Assembly (NCBI GenBank): GCA_041859475.1
Contig: JBHEKO010000545.1
Span: forward strand, 1-53,454
Direction of reading: 5' to 3'
From: Candidatus Hydrogenedentales bacterium
GTDB taxonomy: Bacteria; Hydrogenedentota; Hydrogenedentia; Hydrogenedentales; SLHB01
Length of the DNA: 53,454 nucleotides
Shown here piece by piece: positions 38,115 to 46,644 of this stretch. Both the position numbers and the translations under genes were made by a program. The notes under the pieces were generated by a model, which saw only the letters and a list, made by a program, of their open reading frames with translations, was not told the DNA's origin and made no database searches. Positions within the stretch are counted from its first letter, which is position 1. Every line of letters starts with the position of its first letter.

Positions 38115-39149
38115 ATGACTCAGCGTATCTCTATTGTTTTGCCCTGTTTCAACGCAGAAGCCACCATCGAACAGGCCGTCCTTTCGCTTTGCGCGCAGAC
38201 CTTCGCCGATTGGGATTTGCTCCTCGTCGATGACGGCTCTACCGACGATTCTCCGCGCCTATTGCGACTGCTTGCCCGCCACGACGCCAGAATCCGCCTC
38301 ATGGAGATTCCCAGTTCCGGTATTGTGGCCGCGCTTCAGCGAGGCATACGCGAGTGCAGCGCTCCCTACCTTGCTCGCATGGACGCCGACGACGCCGCCC
38401 ACCCTGCGCGACTCGAGCGGCAGCTCGAATGCATGGAGTCCGACCCAGCCCTCGCCCTGTGTGGGACGCGTGTCCAAGTAATCGGCGACTCCATCTCCGA
38501 AGGACGACAGCGATACATCGATTGGTTGAACGGACTCACGCGGCACGAGGATATCGTACGAGAGATTTTCATCGAATGCCCTATTGCGCATCCGACGTTT
38601 CTCATGCGGCGCGACGCTGTCGTCAACGCCGGCGGCTATCGAGACCGGGCGTGGCCCGAAGATTACGACCTTTGTATGCGCCTGTGGCTTGCGGGGGGAC
38701 GGCTTGCTAACGTCGATGAAGTCTTACTCGATTGGCACGACAGGCCCGCCCGCCTCTCCATGTCCGATCCCCGCTACAACGAGGCCGCGTTCCGGGCACT
38801 CAAGCGGCACTTCCTCAAGGAATCGGGGATACTGGTCCCCGCGCCCGACGGAACCTGCACCTCGCGCGGGCGTCCCGTGCAGTTCTTCCAATGGGGCGCG
38901 GGCGAGGTTGGCAAGCGTTGGTTGCGTGAATGGCGCGTCCTCCGGCCTGCCGCGGTAATCGACATCAACGAACGCAAAATAGGGGAGACGATCCACAACA
39001 CGCGCGTCATCCCTCCCGGCGAATTGCCTCCCCCCGGCAGCGTCATCGTGCTCATCGCCGTCGGCACCCCAGGCGCCCGCGACGAAATCCGCGCTAAACT
39101 CACTCCCCGCGGCTACCAAGAAGGAATCGACTTCCTCTTCATCGCATAG
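38115..39149 (+). CDS. Glycosyltransferase family 2 with C-terminal Rossmann-like domain
   Basis: 'SIVLPCFN', 'LVDDGSTD', DxD motif 'ARMDADD', 'EDYDL'; C-terminal 'WGAGEVGK...VIDIN...LIAVG'. Confidence 0.92.
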   Translation: MTQRISIVLPCFNAEATIEQAVLSLCAQTFADWDLLLVDDGSTDDSPRLLRLLARHDARIRLMEIPSSGIVAALQRGIRECSAPYLARMDADDAAHPARLERQLECMESDPALALCGTRVQVIGDSISEGRQRYIDWLNGLTRHEDIVREIFIECPIAHPTFLMRRDAVVNAGGYRDRAWPEDYDLCMRLWLAGGRLANVDEVLLDWHDRPARLSMSDPRYNEAAFRALKRHFLKESGILVPAPDGTCTSRGRPVQFFQWGAGEVGKRWLREWRVLRPAAVIDINERKIGETIHNTRVIPPGELPPPGSVIVLIAVGTPGARDEIRAKLTPRGYQEGIDFLFIA

Positions 39150-39166
39150 CACCCAAGTTCCCCTAG

Positions 39167-39273
<107 letters not shown>

Positions 39274-39356
39274 CTCTTACCCCCCCTCCGCGTTACTCTT
39301 TGCCTGTAAACCTTTTGCCGTCCCGGCACGTTCTCTACTCTGGAAGACATATCCGA

Positions 39357-39955
39357 ATGGATTGGGCACATAGGGGTGACGAAGACCTGGCCCTGGCTCA
39401 CAAAGCCGGGGACACCCTTGCATTTGAAGAATTGGTCCGCAGGCACCAGGGGCGCGTTTACGCAATCGCCTATCGCATTACCGGCAATCGCGAAGACGCC
39501 CTCGATGTCGCCCAGGAAGCCTTCGTGAAGGCTTTTCGCAAGATTGACGCGTGGCAGCCCGTCGGCGGTTTTCTCCCATGGTTGCTTCGGTTGACGGTTA
39601 ATCAGTCAATTGACGCCCTGCGACGGAAGAAACGCAGACGTCATGAGAGCTTGGATAACGTAGCCGTCGAGGCTTGGCCGTCGCGGAGAACACCGCCCCG
39701 GGGAGCGACACCGAGCGCTGTGTGCGAGCCGGCGAAATCGCCGTCCGTGTGCAGCAAGCCCTTGAAGTACTGTCGCCCTCGCAACGGTCCGTCTTCGTGA
39801 TGCGCCATTACGAAGGCCTCCAACTGGCGGAGATTGCCGCCGTACTCGGATGTACCGTGGGCAGCGTGAAGGTGCACCTCTTCCGGGCCCTTCGGAAGTT
39901 GCAGACGCAATTGAAAGATTTGACCGGCCACGAGGTGACATCGAAAGACGGATGA
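39357..39955 (+). pseudogene. ECF sigma-70 factor interrupted by a frameshift (sigma2 and sigma4 in different frames)
   Basis: Region 2 'AFEELVRRHQ...DALDVAQEAF...PWLLRL..N..ID' is in the frame of 39357. Region 4 'LSPSQRSVFVMRHYEGLQLAEIA..LG..VGSVKVHLFRA' is in the frame ending 39955. The span is 599 nt (3n-1), with the shift after 39658. Confidence 0.85.
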
Positions 39956-39995
39956 CCACCCCGTGTGCAATTGCGACCCAAAGAGGATTCATTCC

Positions 39996-41045
39996 ATGTT
40001 CTTGTTCCGGAAACGACGATTGGAGGCAGCCCTAGCGGCCTCGCTCTACGACGACGCCACGCCGCGCGAGCGCGACTCCCTCGAATCCGCGCTGAGCCGC
40101 GACTCGGCCCTTCGCAGCGAATACGACTCCTTGCGCGCCTTGCGCAATTCCATCCCCGTCGATCATCCCGAACTGAAGCTCGACCTGACCCCACTGATTC
40201 GGCGCCGGCTTGAGGAAGTCCCTGTGGCGTCAGGCGGACGCCGCCTTGCACTTGCTCTGGGCACGGCGTCCTGCGTCGTTATTCTCGCCGCGCTTGGCTG
40301 GAATCACTCCGGCAAACCTTCAGCGCCTGGCATTCAAGTCGCAACGTCGCAGAACACCGGCGCTCCCACGGCGCTCGGTTCGCTCTTTCAAGAAACGGAT
40401 GCCCTCGTGAAGAATGGCGATCTCGCCTCCGCCTTTCGGAAGCTGAGCGATTCGGTGGCCGCCCACCCCGACGACCCCTTGGCAGCCGATGCACAATTGC
40501 GGCTCGCGGACCTTGCCTTCGACCTCAAACGGTACCCCGAAGCGTTGGCCGCTACCACGACCCTTATGACCCGCTATCATTCATTTGTCGCGCAATCCCC
40601 CGAACGCGAACGTCACACCATTGCCCGCAGGGACTTGCTCGCCGAGGCCGAAGCGGTTCACTATGCTACGCTCTACGCCCTCGATACCGCCCGCCGAGAT
40701 CGCGCCAATCCTTATGGAAAGCTCGAAGATGTGATCGTCGGATACCAGAACTCCCTCGTTGCAGAAGAAGCCGCGCTCGATATGGGCAAGTTACTCCTGG
40801 CCGAATCCGCTTCCATACCCGATTCCGCGAATCCTCGTTTGACCGCGATGACCCTGGCCCGCGACCGATGCGCAAATCCCGTGGCGGTCGCGCTGCTCGA
40901 AATAAAGATCGGCGAGATCTACCAAAATGACCTGCGCGACTTCTCTTCTGCCGAAGCGCATTTCCTGCGTGCTGCCGCCAATCCGGTCCTTACGCAGCGA
41001 GCGAAGACCGCGCTGGCAAGCCTTGCGGAAGCGAAGAGCCGCTGA
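39996..41045 (+). CDS. Putative anti-sigma factor: short cytoplasmic domain, one TM, periplasmic TPR-like repeats
   Basis: Directly downstream of the ECF gene; GAGGA SD before ATG 39996 (GTG 39963 is an alternative). TM 'LALALGTASCVVILAALGW'; TPR-like 'HPDDPLAADAQLRLADLAFDLKRYPEAL'. Confidence 0.72.
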   Translation: MFLFRKRRLEAALAASLYDDATPRERDSLESALSRDSALRSEYDSLRALRNSIPVDHPELKLDLTPLIRRRLEEVPVASGGRRLALALGTASCVVILAALGWNHSGKPSAPGIQVATSQNTGAPTALGSLFQETDALVKNGDLASAFRKLSDSVAAHPDDPLAADAQLRLADLAFDLKRYPEALAATTTLMTRYHSFVAQSPERERHTIARRDLLAEAEAVHYATLYALDTARRDRANPYGKLEDVIVGYQNSLVAEEAALDMGKLLLAESASIPDSANPRLTAMTLARDRCANPVAVALLEIKIGEIYQNDLRDFSSAEAHFLRAAANPVLTQRAKTALASLAEAKSR

Positions 41046-41142
41046 GCGCCAGGGGGTCTTGGGGGATACGTTGAATCCTCGGCGAATTGCAGGATCGTCC
41101 GGGGTTTGATAAGATCTTGATATACAACGAGTTCTTTCATTT

Positions 41143-42906
41143 TTGGAGCGTCTACTCTTGGCTGTTGAATCCGCCTTCGAGAAACAACTTCTCCGCGACG
41201 CCGTGGTCGACGAGGCGCGCCTCGTTCGCGCGCGGCAGGAAGCCGCCGCGAAAGGCATCGCCCTCATGGATGTCCTCGTCCAAACCGGCTGTGCAACGTC
41301 GGAGGCCCTCTACCGCGCCCTTGCGCAATTCTGCGAAATGCGGTTTGTGTCCCCCTCGAAAATTGAAGTGCCGCCCGAGATCGTCGCCCGCGTCCCGGCC
41401 CGCTTTGCAACCCACTATCAGTTCGTGCCCATTCAAGATCGAAACGGTACCCTCGTCGTCGCCGTATGCGATCCGCTCAATCGTCATTTGCTCGACGATA
41501 TTCGCATGGTGCTCAAGCAACGCGTCGAGGCCGTCGTCACCACCCCCGAGGAAATCACGCGCGCCATCAAAGCCCTCTATGGCGTTGGGGCCGATACCGT
41601 AGAAAAGATCCTTAGCGATTCCGAAAGCGTCGGCTCGATTGTCAGCCTCGATATTGCCAACGCGGGTTCCGACCTCGGCGACGAAAGCCTCGACGCCTCG
41701 ATCATCAAATTCGTAAACGAACTCATCGCCGAAGCCATTCAAACGGGCGCTACCGACGTTCATCTGGAGCCCTTCGAAGATCAACTGCGCCTGCGCTACC
41801 GTATCGACGGCATCCTCCACGCCGTCCCTACGCCGCCCAGCATTCGCGGTTTCCATCCCGCGATCGTTTCGCGCATCAAGATAATGGCCAATCTCAACAT
41901 CGCCGAAAAGCGCCTCCCTCAAGACGGAAAGATCCGCGCCTCGCTCGGCGAAGATCAGTTCGACCTGCGCGTCTCCGTGCTCCCGTCCGCGCACGGCGAA
42001 ACGGTCAACCTCCGCATACTCAACCGTTCTTCGATGTTCATGACCCTCGAACAACTCGGGTTCCTCGAAGAAGATTTGCTCCAATTCAACTCGTTTCTCT
42101 CGCGCCCCCACGGCATGATTCTCGTCACGGGCCCAACCGGCAGCGGAAAAACGACGACACTCTACGGCGCGCTCAGCAAGCTCAACAAGCTCGAACACAA
42201 GATCATCACCATCGAAGACCCGATCGAATACCAACTCAAAGGCATCACGCAGATGCAGACCTTGCCCCAGATCGGCTTCGACTTCTCCACGGCCTTGCGC
42301 TCCATGCTGCGCCACGACCCCGATATCATGCTCGTCGGAGAAATCCGCGACTTCGAGACCGCCGAAATGGCGATTCGATCCAGCCTCACTGGCCACTTGG
42401 TATTCAGCACCTTGCACACCAACGACGCCGCAGGCGCCGTGACGCGCCTCACCGACATGGGTGTCGAACCGTTCCTGATCGCCAGCACGATGATCGCTTC
42501 GCTTGCTCAGCGCCTCGTGCGTCGCCTGTGCCCGCAATGCGCCGAGGCTTTCACGCCCGACCCATTCGCAATTGCCCAAGTCGGCATGGACGCCACCATG
42601 GCGAAGTCCGCCAAGTTCATGCGCGCCAAAGGCTGCGAGGCTTGCCGCCATACGGGGTACCGAGGCCGCATCGCCATCTACGAAATCCTGCCGTTCACCA
42701 CAGCCATCAAAGAGATGACGATCCAACGCGAGCCATCGACGCACATCAAACGAAAAGCCATGGAACTCGGCATGCGCACCCTGCGCCACTCCGGCTGTGT
42801 CCGCATCGCCCAGGGACTCACGACCTTCGAAGAAGTGCTGCGCGTAACCGCCGAGTCCGACGCCTTCGACGACCCAGAGACTGCAAATGCCTCAGTACCA
42901 GTATGA
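41143..42906 (+). CDS. gspE: Type II secretion / pilus assembly ATPase GspE/PilB
   Basis: Walker A GPTGSGKTT, 'ITIEDPIEY', 'LRHDPDIMLVGEIRD', His box 'GHLVFSTLHTN', Cys motif CPQC...CEAC. Confidence 0.95.
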   Translation: MERLLLAVESAFEKQLLRDAVVDEARLVRARQEAAAKGIALMDVLVQTGCATSEALYRALAQFCEMRFVSPSKIEVPPEIVARVPARFATHYQFVPIQDRNGTLVVAVCDPLNRHLLDDIRMVLKQRVEAVVTTPEEITRAIKALYGVGADTVEKILSDSESVGSIVSLDIANAGSDLGDESLDASIIKFVNELIAEAIQTGATDVHLEPFEDQLRLRYRIDGILHAVPTPPSIRGFHPAIVSRIKIMANLNIAEKRLPQDGKIRASLGEDQFDLRVSVLPSAHGETVNLRILNRSSMFMTLEQLGFLEEDLLQFNSFLSRPHGMILVTGPTGSGKTTTLYGALSKLNKLEHKIITIEDPIEYQLKGITQMQTLPQIGFDFSTALRSMLRHDPDIMLVGEIRDFETAEMAIRSSLTGHLVFSTLHTNDAAGAVTRLTDMGVEPFLIASTMIASLAQRLVRRLCPQCAEAFTPDPFAIAQVGMDATMAKSAKFMRAKGCEACRHTGYRGRIAIYEILPFTTAIKEMTIQREPSTHIKRKAMELGMRTLRHSGCVRIAQGLTTFEEVLRVTAESDAFDDPETANASVPV

Positions 42907-44098
42907 GGTGAAGAAGGGCCCCGGTCAGGCCACGACCGGCGTCCTCGAAGCCGAAAGCCAGCGCGCCGCATTGGCCCGTCTCCGCGACATGGGCTATTTC
43001 CCCATCTCCATACGCGAGTTCACCGGCGATGCCAAACAAGACGCCATTAAACGCGCCATCCTTCGAATCAGCCTCAAGGATCGCAACATCTTTTTCCGCC
43101 AACTCGCAAACCTGATCGAGTCCGGCATGCCCCTGACCCGCGCCCTATCGACCATCGTGCAGCAGAACACGAATCCAAAGCTCATCGCCGTCGTCGAACA
43201 AATCCGCGACGAAATCCAAAAGGGCAGTACCCTCACCGAAGCCCTCGAACGGCATCCTCGCGTCTTTCCGCCCATGCACGTGAGCCTCATTCACGCCGGA
43301 GAAACCGGCGGCATGCTCGAAGAAGTCGTGTGGCGCATTGTCTCCTTCGGCGAACGGGACGAAGAACTGCGCGGCACCGCGATCTCCGCCATGATCTATC
43401 CCGTCTTCCTGCTCCTGATGGGGACCGCCGCAATCTTCATTCTCGTCTCTTTTGTGTTTCCTCAATTCGTCGGGCTATTTGATGACTTCGAAGTAGAGCT
43501 CCCGATGATTACCCAAGTAGTCCTTGCGCTTTGCACGTTCATGTCTCACTTCTGGTGGGCCGTGCTGCTTGCCTTTGCGCTTGTCGTTGCGGGCCTTGTC
43601 TCCTATTGGCGCAGCGCCGCGGGCCGCCTCCAGATCGATACGGTTGCGCTGCGCGTCCCCCTCGTCCGCACGATTGTCCAGAAATATGTCATGGCCCAAT
43701 TCGCGCGCACGCTCGGAACCTTGCTCGACAACGGCGTTCCCATCCTGCGCTCCATTCGGATTACCAGCGATACCCTCAGCAACAAAGCCATCGCCGCCGA
43801 ACTCGCGATCATCGAAGATCGCGTCTCCGAAGGCGATAGCATCAGCTCCGGACTCAAAGACACCAAGCACTTCCCGCCGATGGTCGTAAACATGTTTGCT
43901 GTCGGCGAGGAAGGCGGACGCCTCGGCGCCGTCACGAAGCGTATGGCCGACGCTTACGACATCGAAGTCGAACGCGCCGTCAAGGCCATGACCGCCCTCT
44001 TCGAACCTATCATGATCGTGATTATGGGCGGAGTCATCGGGACACTGGTGATCTCCATGTTGTTGCCCATTCTGACCTTGAGTTCTCACGTGAAATAA
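42887..44098 (+). CDS. gspF: Type II secretion inner-membrane platform protein GspF/PilC
   Basis: 'FFRQLANLIESGMPL', 'AGETGG.L', 'SAMIYP', second repeat 'FARTLGTLLDNGVPI', 'GEEGG.L', 'LFEP'. Confidence 0.95.
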   Translation: MPQYQYEVKKGPGQATTGVLEAESQRAALARLRDMGYFPISIREFTGDAKQDAIKRAILRISLKDRNIFFRQLANLIESGMPLTRALSTIVQQNTNPKLIAVVEQIRDEIQKGSTLTEALERHPRVFPPMHVSLIHAGETGGMLEEVVWRIVSFGERDEELRGTAISAMIYPVFLLLMGTAAIFILVSFVFPQFVGLFDDFEVELPMITQVVLALCTFMSHFWWAVLLAFALVVAGLVSYWRSAAGRLQIDTVALRVPLVRTIVQKYVMAQFARTLGTLLDNGVPILRSIRITSDTLSNKAIAAELAIIEDRVSEGDSISSGLKDTKHFPPMVVNMFAVGEEGGRLGAVTKRMADAYDIEVERAVKAMTALFEPIMIVIMGGVIGTLVISMLLPILTLSSHVK

Positions 44099-44152
44099 CA
44101 GGGGTTTCCCCAAGAAGCCAAATGCACGAACAAACAAATGCGATGAGAGATA

Positions 44153-44196
44153 GCGGAAACCAGGTGTCCCTGCTTTCCGCGTCCACGGATAAGTTA
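44153..44196. repeat. Palindromic intergenic element, copy A (upstream of gspG)
   Basis: Hairpin GCGGAAA-C-CAGG-TGTC-CCTG-C-TTTCCGC, then ATAAGTTA. Shares the 17-mer TGTCCCTGCTTTCCGCG with copy B. Confidence 0.8.
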
Positions 44197-44240
44197 CAGT
44201 CGACACGACTTACTTTTGACTAGCCTGGAGATAGCGAACG

Positions 44241-44630
44241 ATGAATGAGAAGAGCGGGTTTACACTAATCGAGTTGCTTCTGGTGATGGTGATCATCTCC
44301 ATCCTTGCCGGAGCCGTGGCGTTCAGCGTCACGGGTCGAAGCACCCAGGCGCGAAGGACACGCGCGCAGGCCGATCTGTCCACGTACCAGCGTGCCATCG
44401 AGGCCTTTGGCCTCGAACACAACGACAAGTATCCCAAGACCCTCGATGACCTCGCCACGCCCGATGCCAAGACCGGCATCAAGTACATCGAGAAGATTAA
44501 GAACGATCCGTGGACGAATCCCTACGTCTTCAACGTGCCCGGCAAGGGCAACAAGTACGACCTATTCTCCCGTGGACCCGACGGCCAATCCGGCACCGAT
44601 GACGACATCTCCGTGTGGGATATCGAATAG
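44241..44630 (+). CDS. gspG: Major pseudopilin GspG
   Basis: Prepilin site G|FTLIE and T2SS-G C-terminus 'DPW.NPY...PG....YDLFS.GPDG..GTDDDI..W'. Confidence 0.93.
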   Translation: MNEKSGFTLIELLLVMVIISILAGAVAFSVTGRSTQARRTRAQADLSTYQRAIEAFGLEHNDKYPKTLDDLATPDAKTGIKYIEKIKNDPWTNPYVFNVPGKGNKYDLFSRGPDGQSGTDDDISVWDIE

Positions 44631-44682
44631 GCGAGAATCATTCAGTGATTGTTCATTCAATCCCAAAGTATGCGGCGAGAGA

Positions 44683-44771
44683 GCGCGGAATACAGGGACT
44701 GACACAAGCGCAGTCCGCCTCAGCGGACGGAGACGTGTCTGTCCCTGCTTTCCGCGCCTTCGAATAAGTTA
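44683..44771. repeat. Palindromic intergenic element, copy B (downstream of gspG)
   Basis: 23-nt arms GCGCGGAATACAGGGACTGACAC / GTGTCTGTCCCTGCTTTCCGCGC (20/23 complementary) enclose the hairpin GTCCGC-CTCA-GCGGAC; ATAAGTTA follows at the same spacing as in copy A. Confidence 0.85.
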
Positions 44772-44802
44772 TGACTTGTACGCATAAGAACCGCCGAGAC
44801 AA

Positions 44803-45315
44803 ATGAACGCTCCCAAACGAACATCCTCCAACGCCGGCTTCACGCTGATGGAACTCATCATCGTGATGACGATCATCGCCATCATGTCCGCCACGGTCGT
44901 GCCCATTTATCACGGTTCCGTCTCATGGGTCCAGCGCGACCGAGCCACGCGCGATTTCGTCGCCCTCATGAAATACGCCCAGGAACGCGCCATCATCGAT
45001 ACCGTCGAGTATCGCTTCTACATGAACGCCGATAAACGCGCCTACTGGGTTATGCGCCTCGACAAAGTTGAAGACGACGGCGAAAAGCTGTTTGCGCGGC
45101 CCGAGGAAGGCGAGGGGATCGTGCGCCGTCTTCCAGAGACGATTGCGCTCAAGAAGCCCAAAGCCCATTTAGACAAGAAAGCCAAGGCCCACTACATTTC
45201 CTTCTTTGGAAGCGGCGCGTGCGACGAGGCCAAGGTCGAACTCATCGTCGACAAGCGTCAGAAGATCACCATCGACACGAAGGGCCGTCTTGGCCAGTTC
45301 GAGGTGAAATCGTGA
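44803..45315 (+). CDS. Minor pseudopilin (GspH/FimT-like)
   Basis: G|FTLME prepilin motif and 'ALMKYAQERAI' helix; position after gspG. Confidence 0.85.
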   Translation: MNAPKRTSSNAGFTLMELIIVMTIIAIMSATVVPIYHGSVSWVQRDRATRDFVALMKYAQERAIIDTVEYRFYMNADKRAYWVMRLDKVEDDGEKLFARPEEGEGIVRRLPETIALKKPKAHLDKKAKAHYISFFGSGACDEAKVELIVDKRQKITIDTKGRLGQFEVKS

Positions 45316-45887
45316 ACGCCCGTAGCGATCGCTCGAACGCGAGAGTGGGGGATAGGTCTGCTTCCTGCTCCCATTGTGGTGCAGGCTTCCAGCCTGCCGC
45401 CCTACAACCCGCCGGCTGGATACTGATCGAAACCCTCGTTGCGCTCGTCGTCCTGAGCATCGGCATCGTGGCCGCCAACCGCGCCCTTGGTGAATCTCTT
45501 TTCACCCGCGCCATGGCCCAGGACTATACGCAGGCGCGTTTCTTCCTCGAACAGGTCATGTCCGAGTTGGAGCTTCAACCTGTGCTCGCGGAGAACAGCA
45601 CGGGCAAAGGCGATTTCGGCAAGGACTTTCCTCGCTTCAATTACAAGTGGGCCGTCACTCGCTACGATCTTCCCGTTCCGCGGATTCCTCCGGAGATTCT
45701 CTTGAACTTCCCGAATGGCGTCCAATTGCCCGTTCCCTATCTCGGCAAGATCTCCGCGACTGTCTCATGGACGCGCCGCGAACAGACGTTCACGCGCACC
45801 GTGGAAACCCTCATTGGCCCCGAACGACTCTTCGTCTACGAAAAGGCTGTGGAGCAAGGTGAATCACCCCAGGCACAACAGAAATAG
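45312..45887 (+). CDS. Minor pseudopilin (GspI/PilV-like) with unusually long leader
   Basis: GTG start in a GTGA overlap; G|WILIE prepilin-like site at 45414-45431; hydrophobic helix follows. Confidence 0.8.
   Translation: MNARSDRSNARVGDRSASCSHCGAGFQPAALQPAGWILIETLVALVVLSIGIVAANRALGESLFTRAMAQDYTQARFFLEQVMSELELQPVLAENSTGKGDFGKDFPRFNYKWAVTRYDLPVPRIPPEILLNFPNGVQLPVPYLGKISATVSWTRREQTFTRTVETLIGPERLFVYEKAVEQGESPQAQQK
45375..45397. repeat. REP-like palindrome inside the gspI-like coding leader
   Basis: TGTGGT-GCAGGCT-TCC-AGCCTGC: perfect 7-bp stem with a GTGG-type foot. Confidence 0.65.
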
Positions 45888-46644
45888 AGCCAGGCAGGGT
45901 TTCACCCTGGCCGAGCTGCTTGTGGCAACCACCATCGTCACCATTGTGATGACGGCGCTTTTCACTGCCTACAGTTCGTCCATTCGTCTCTGGCGTATCG
46001 GCGAATCGAATCTGCGAACCTACCAAGACGCACGCACGTCCCTTAGCATCATCAGGCGAGAACTCCAGAACATTGTGCCCGGCGCCATCCACCTCATGCA
46101 GGGAACTGACGACGAACTCGAGTTCTTTGCCGTGGTCCCCCCGATGGATGTTGAAGAGGGCTCTGGCCCGAGGACGATGTGGGTGCGGTACCGCATCAAG
46201 AAAGGCTCCGCAAAGACCGGGGCCACCCTGGTGCGCGAAGAGCGCGTCGTAGAGAGTTCGCTTCCGCCCGCGCCTCCCAAGGACGGCGAGATCGACAAGT
46301 CCATCATCAAGCTCGGCAACGAACGCCAATTCGACCTGGCCGAACACGTCGACGACTTCGTCATTAAGTACTACTGGCTTCCTCCGAAAAGTGAATTGAA
46401 GGAAATCGATCCCTCGCTACCCCCGGCTCCTATCAAGTTCATTGTGCTCGATGAACTCAAAGAAGGCATGGGAATGCCGCAAGGTATTCGCATCGAACTG
46501 ACGCTCGAGGACGCCACCGTCTCAAAGAAATCCAAGGCACAGAAGACCACCTTCACGACGATGACAGCCTTTCGTGGCCCCACATCCGAAATCGACCGCG
46601 ACTCATTTGAGAAGGAAGGAGGGCTACTGGATGCGGGCGCATAG
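45859..46644 (+). CDS. Minor pseudopilin (GspJ/PilW-like)
   Basis: GTG start 45859 (MNHPRHNRNRARQ) with G|FTLAE motif; position between I and K. Confidence 0.85.
   Translation: MNHPRHNRNRARQGFTLAELLVATTIVTIVMTALFTAYSSSIRLWRIGESNLRTYQDARTSLSIIRRELQNIVPGAIHLMQGTDDELEFFAVVPPMDVEEGSGPRTMWVRYRIKKGSAKTGATLVREERVVESSLPPAPPKDGEIDKSIIKLGNERQFDLAEHVDDFVIKYYWLPPKSELKEIDPSLPPAPIKFIVLDELKEGMGMPQGIRIELTLEDATVSKKSKAQKTTFTTMTAFRGPTSEIDRDSFEKEGGLLDAGA

Noticed and set aside
41143-41340. c-di-GMP-binding MshEN domain in GspE
   Set aside because: The helical N-terminus has MshEN-like spacing, but both RLGxxL motifs are missing.
45363-45380. CxxC motif (CSHC) in the gspI-like leader
   Set aside because: It falls in repeat-like sequence that would be cleaved off; probably incidental.
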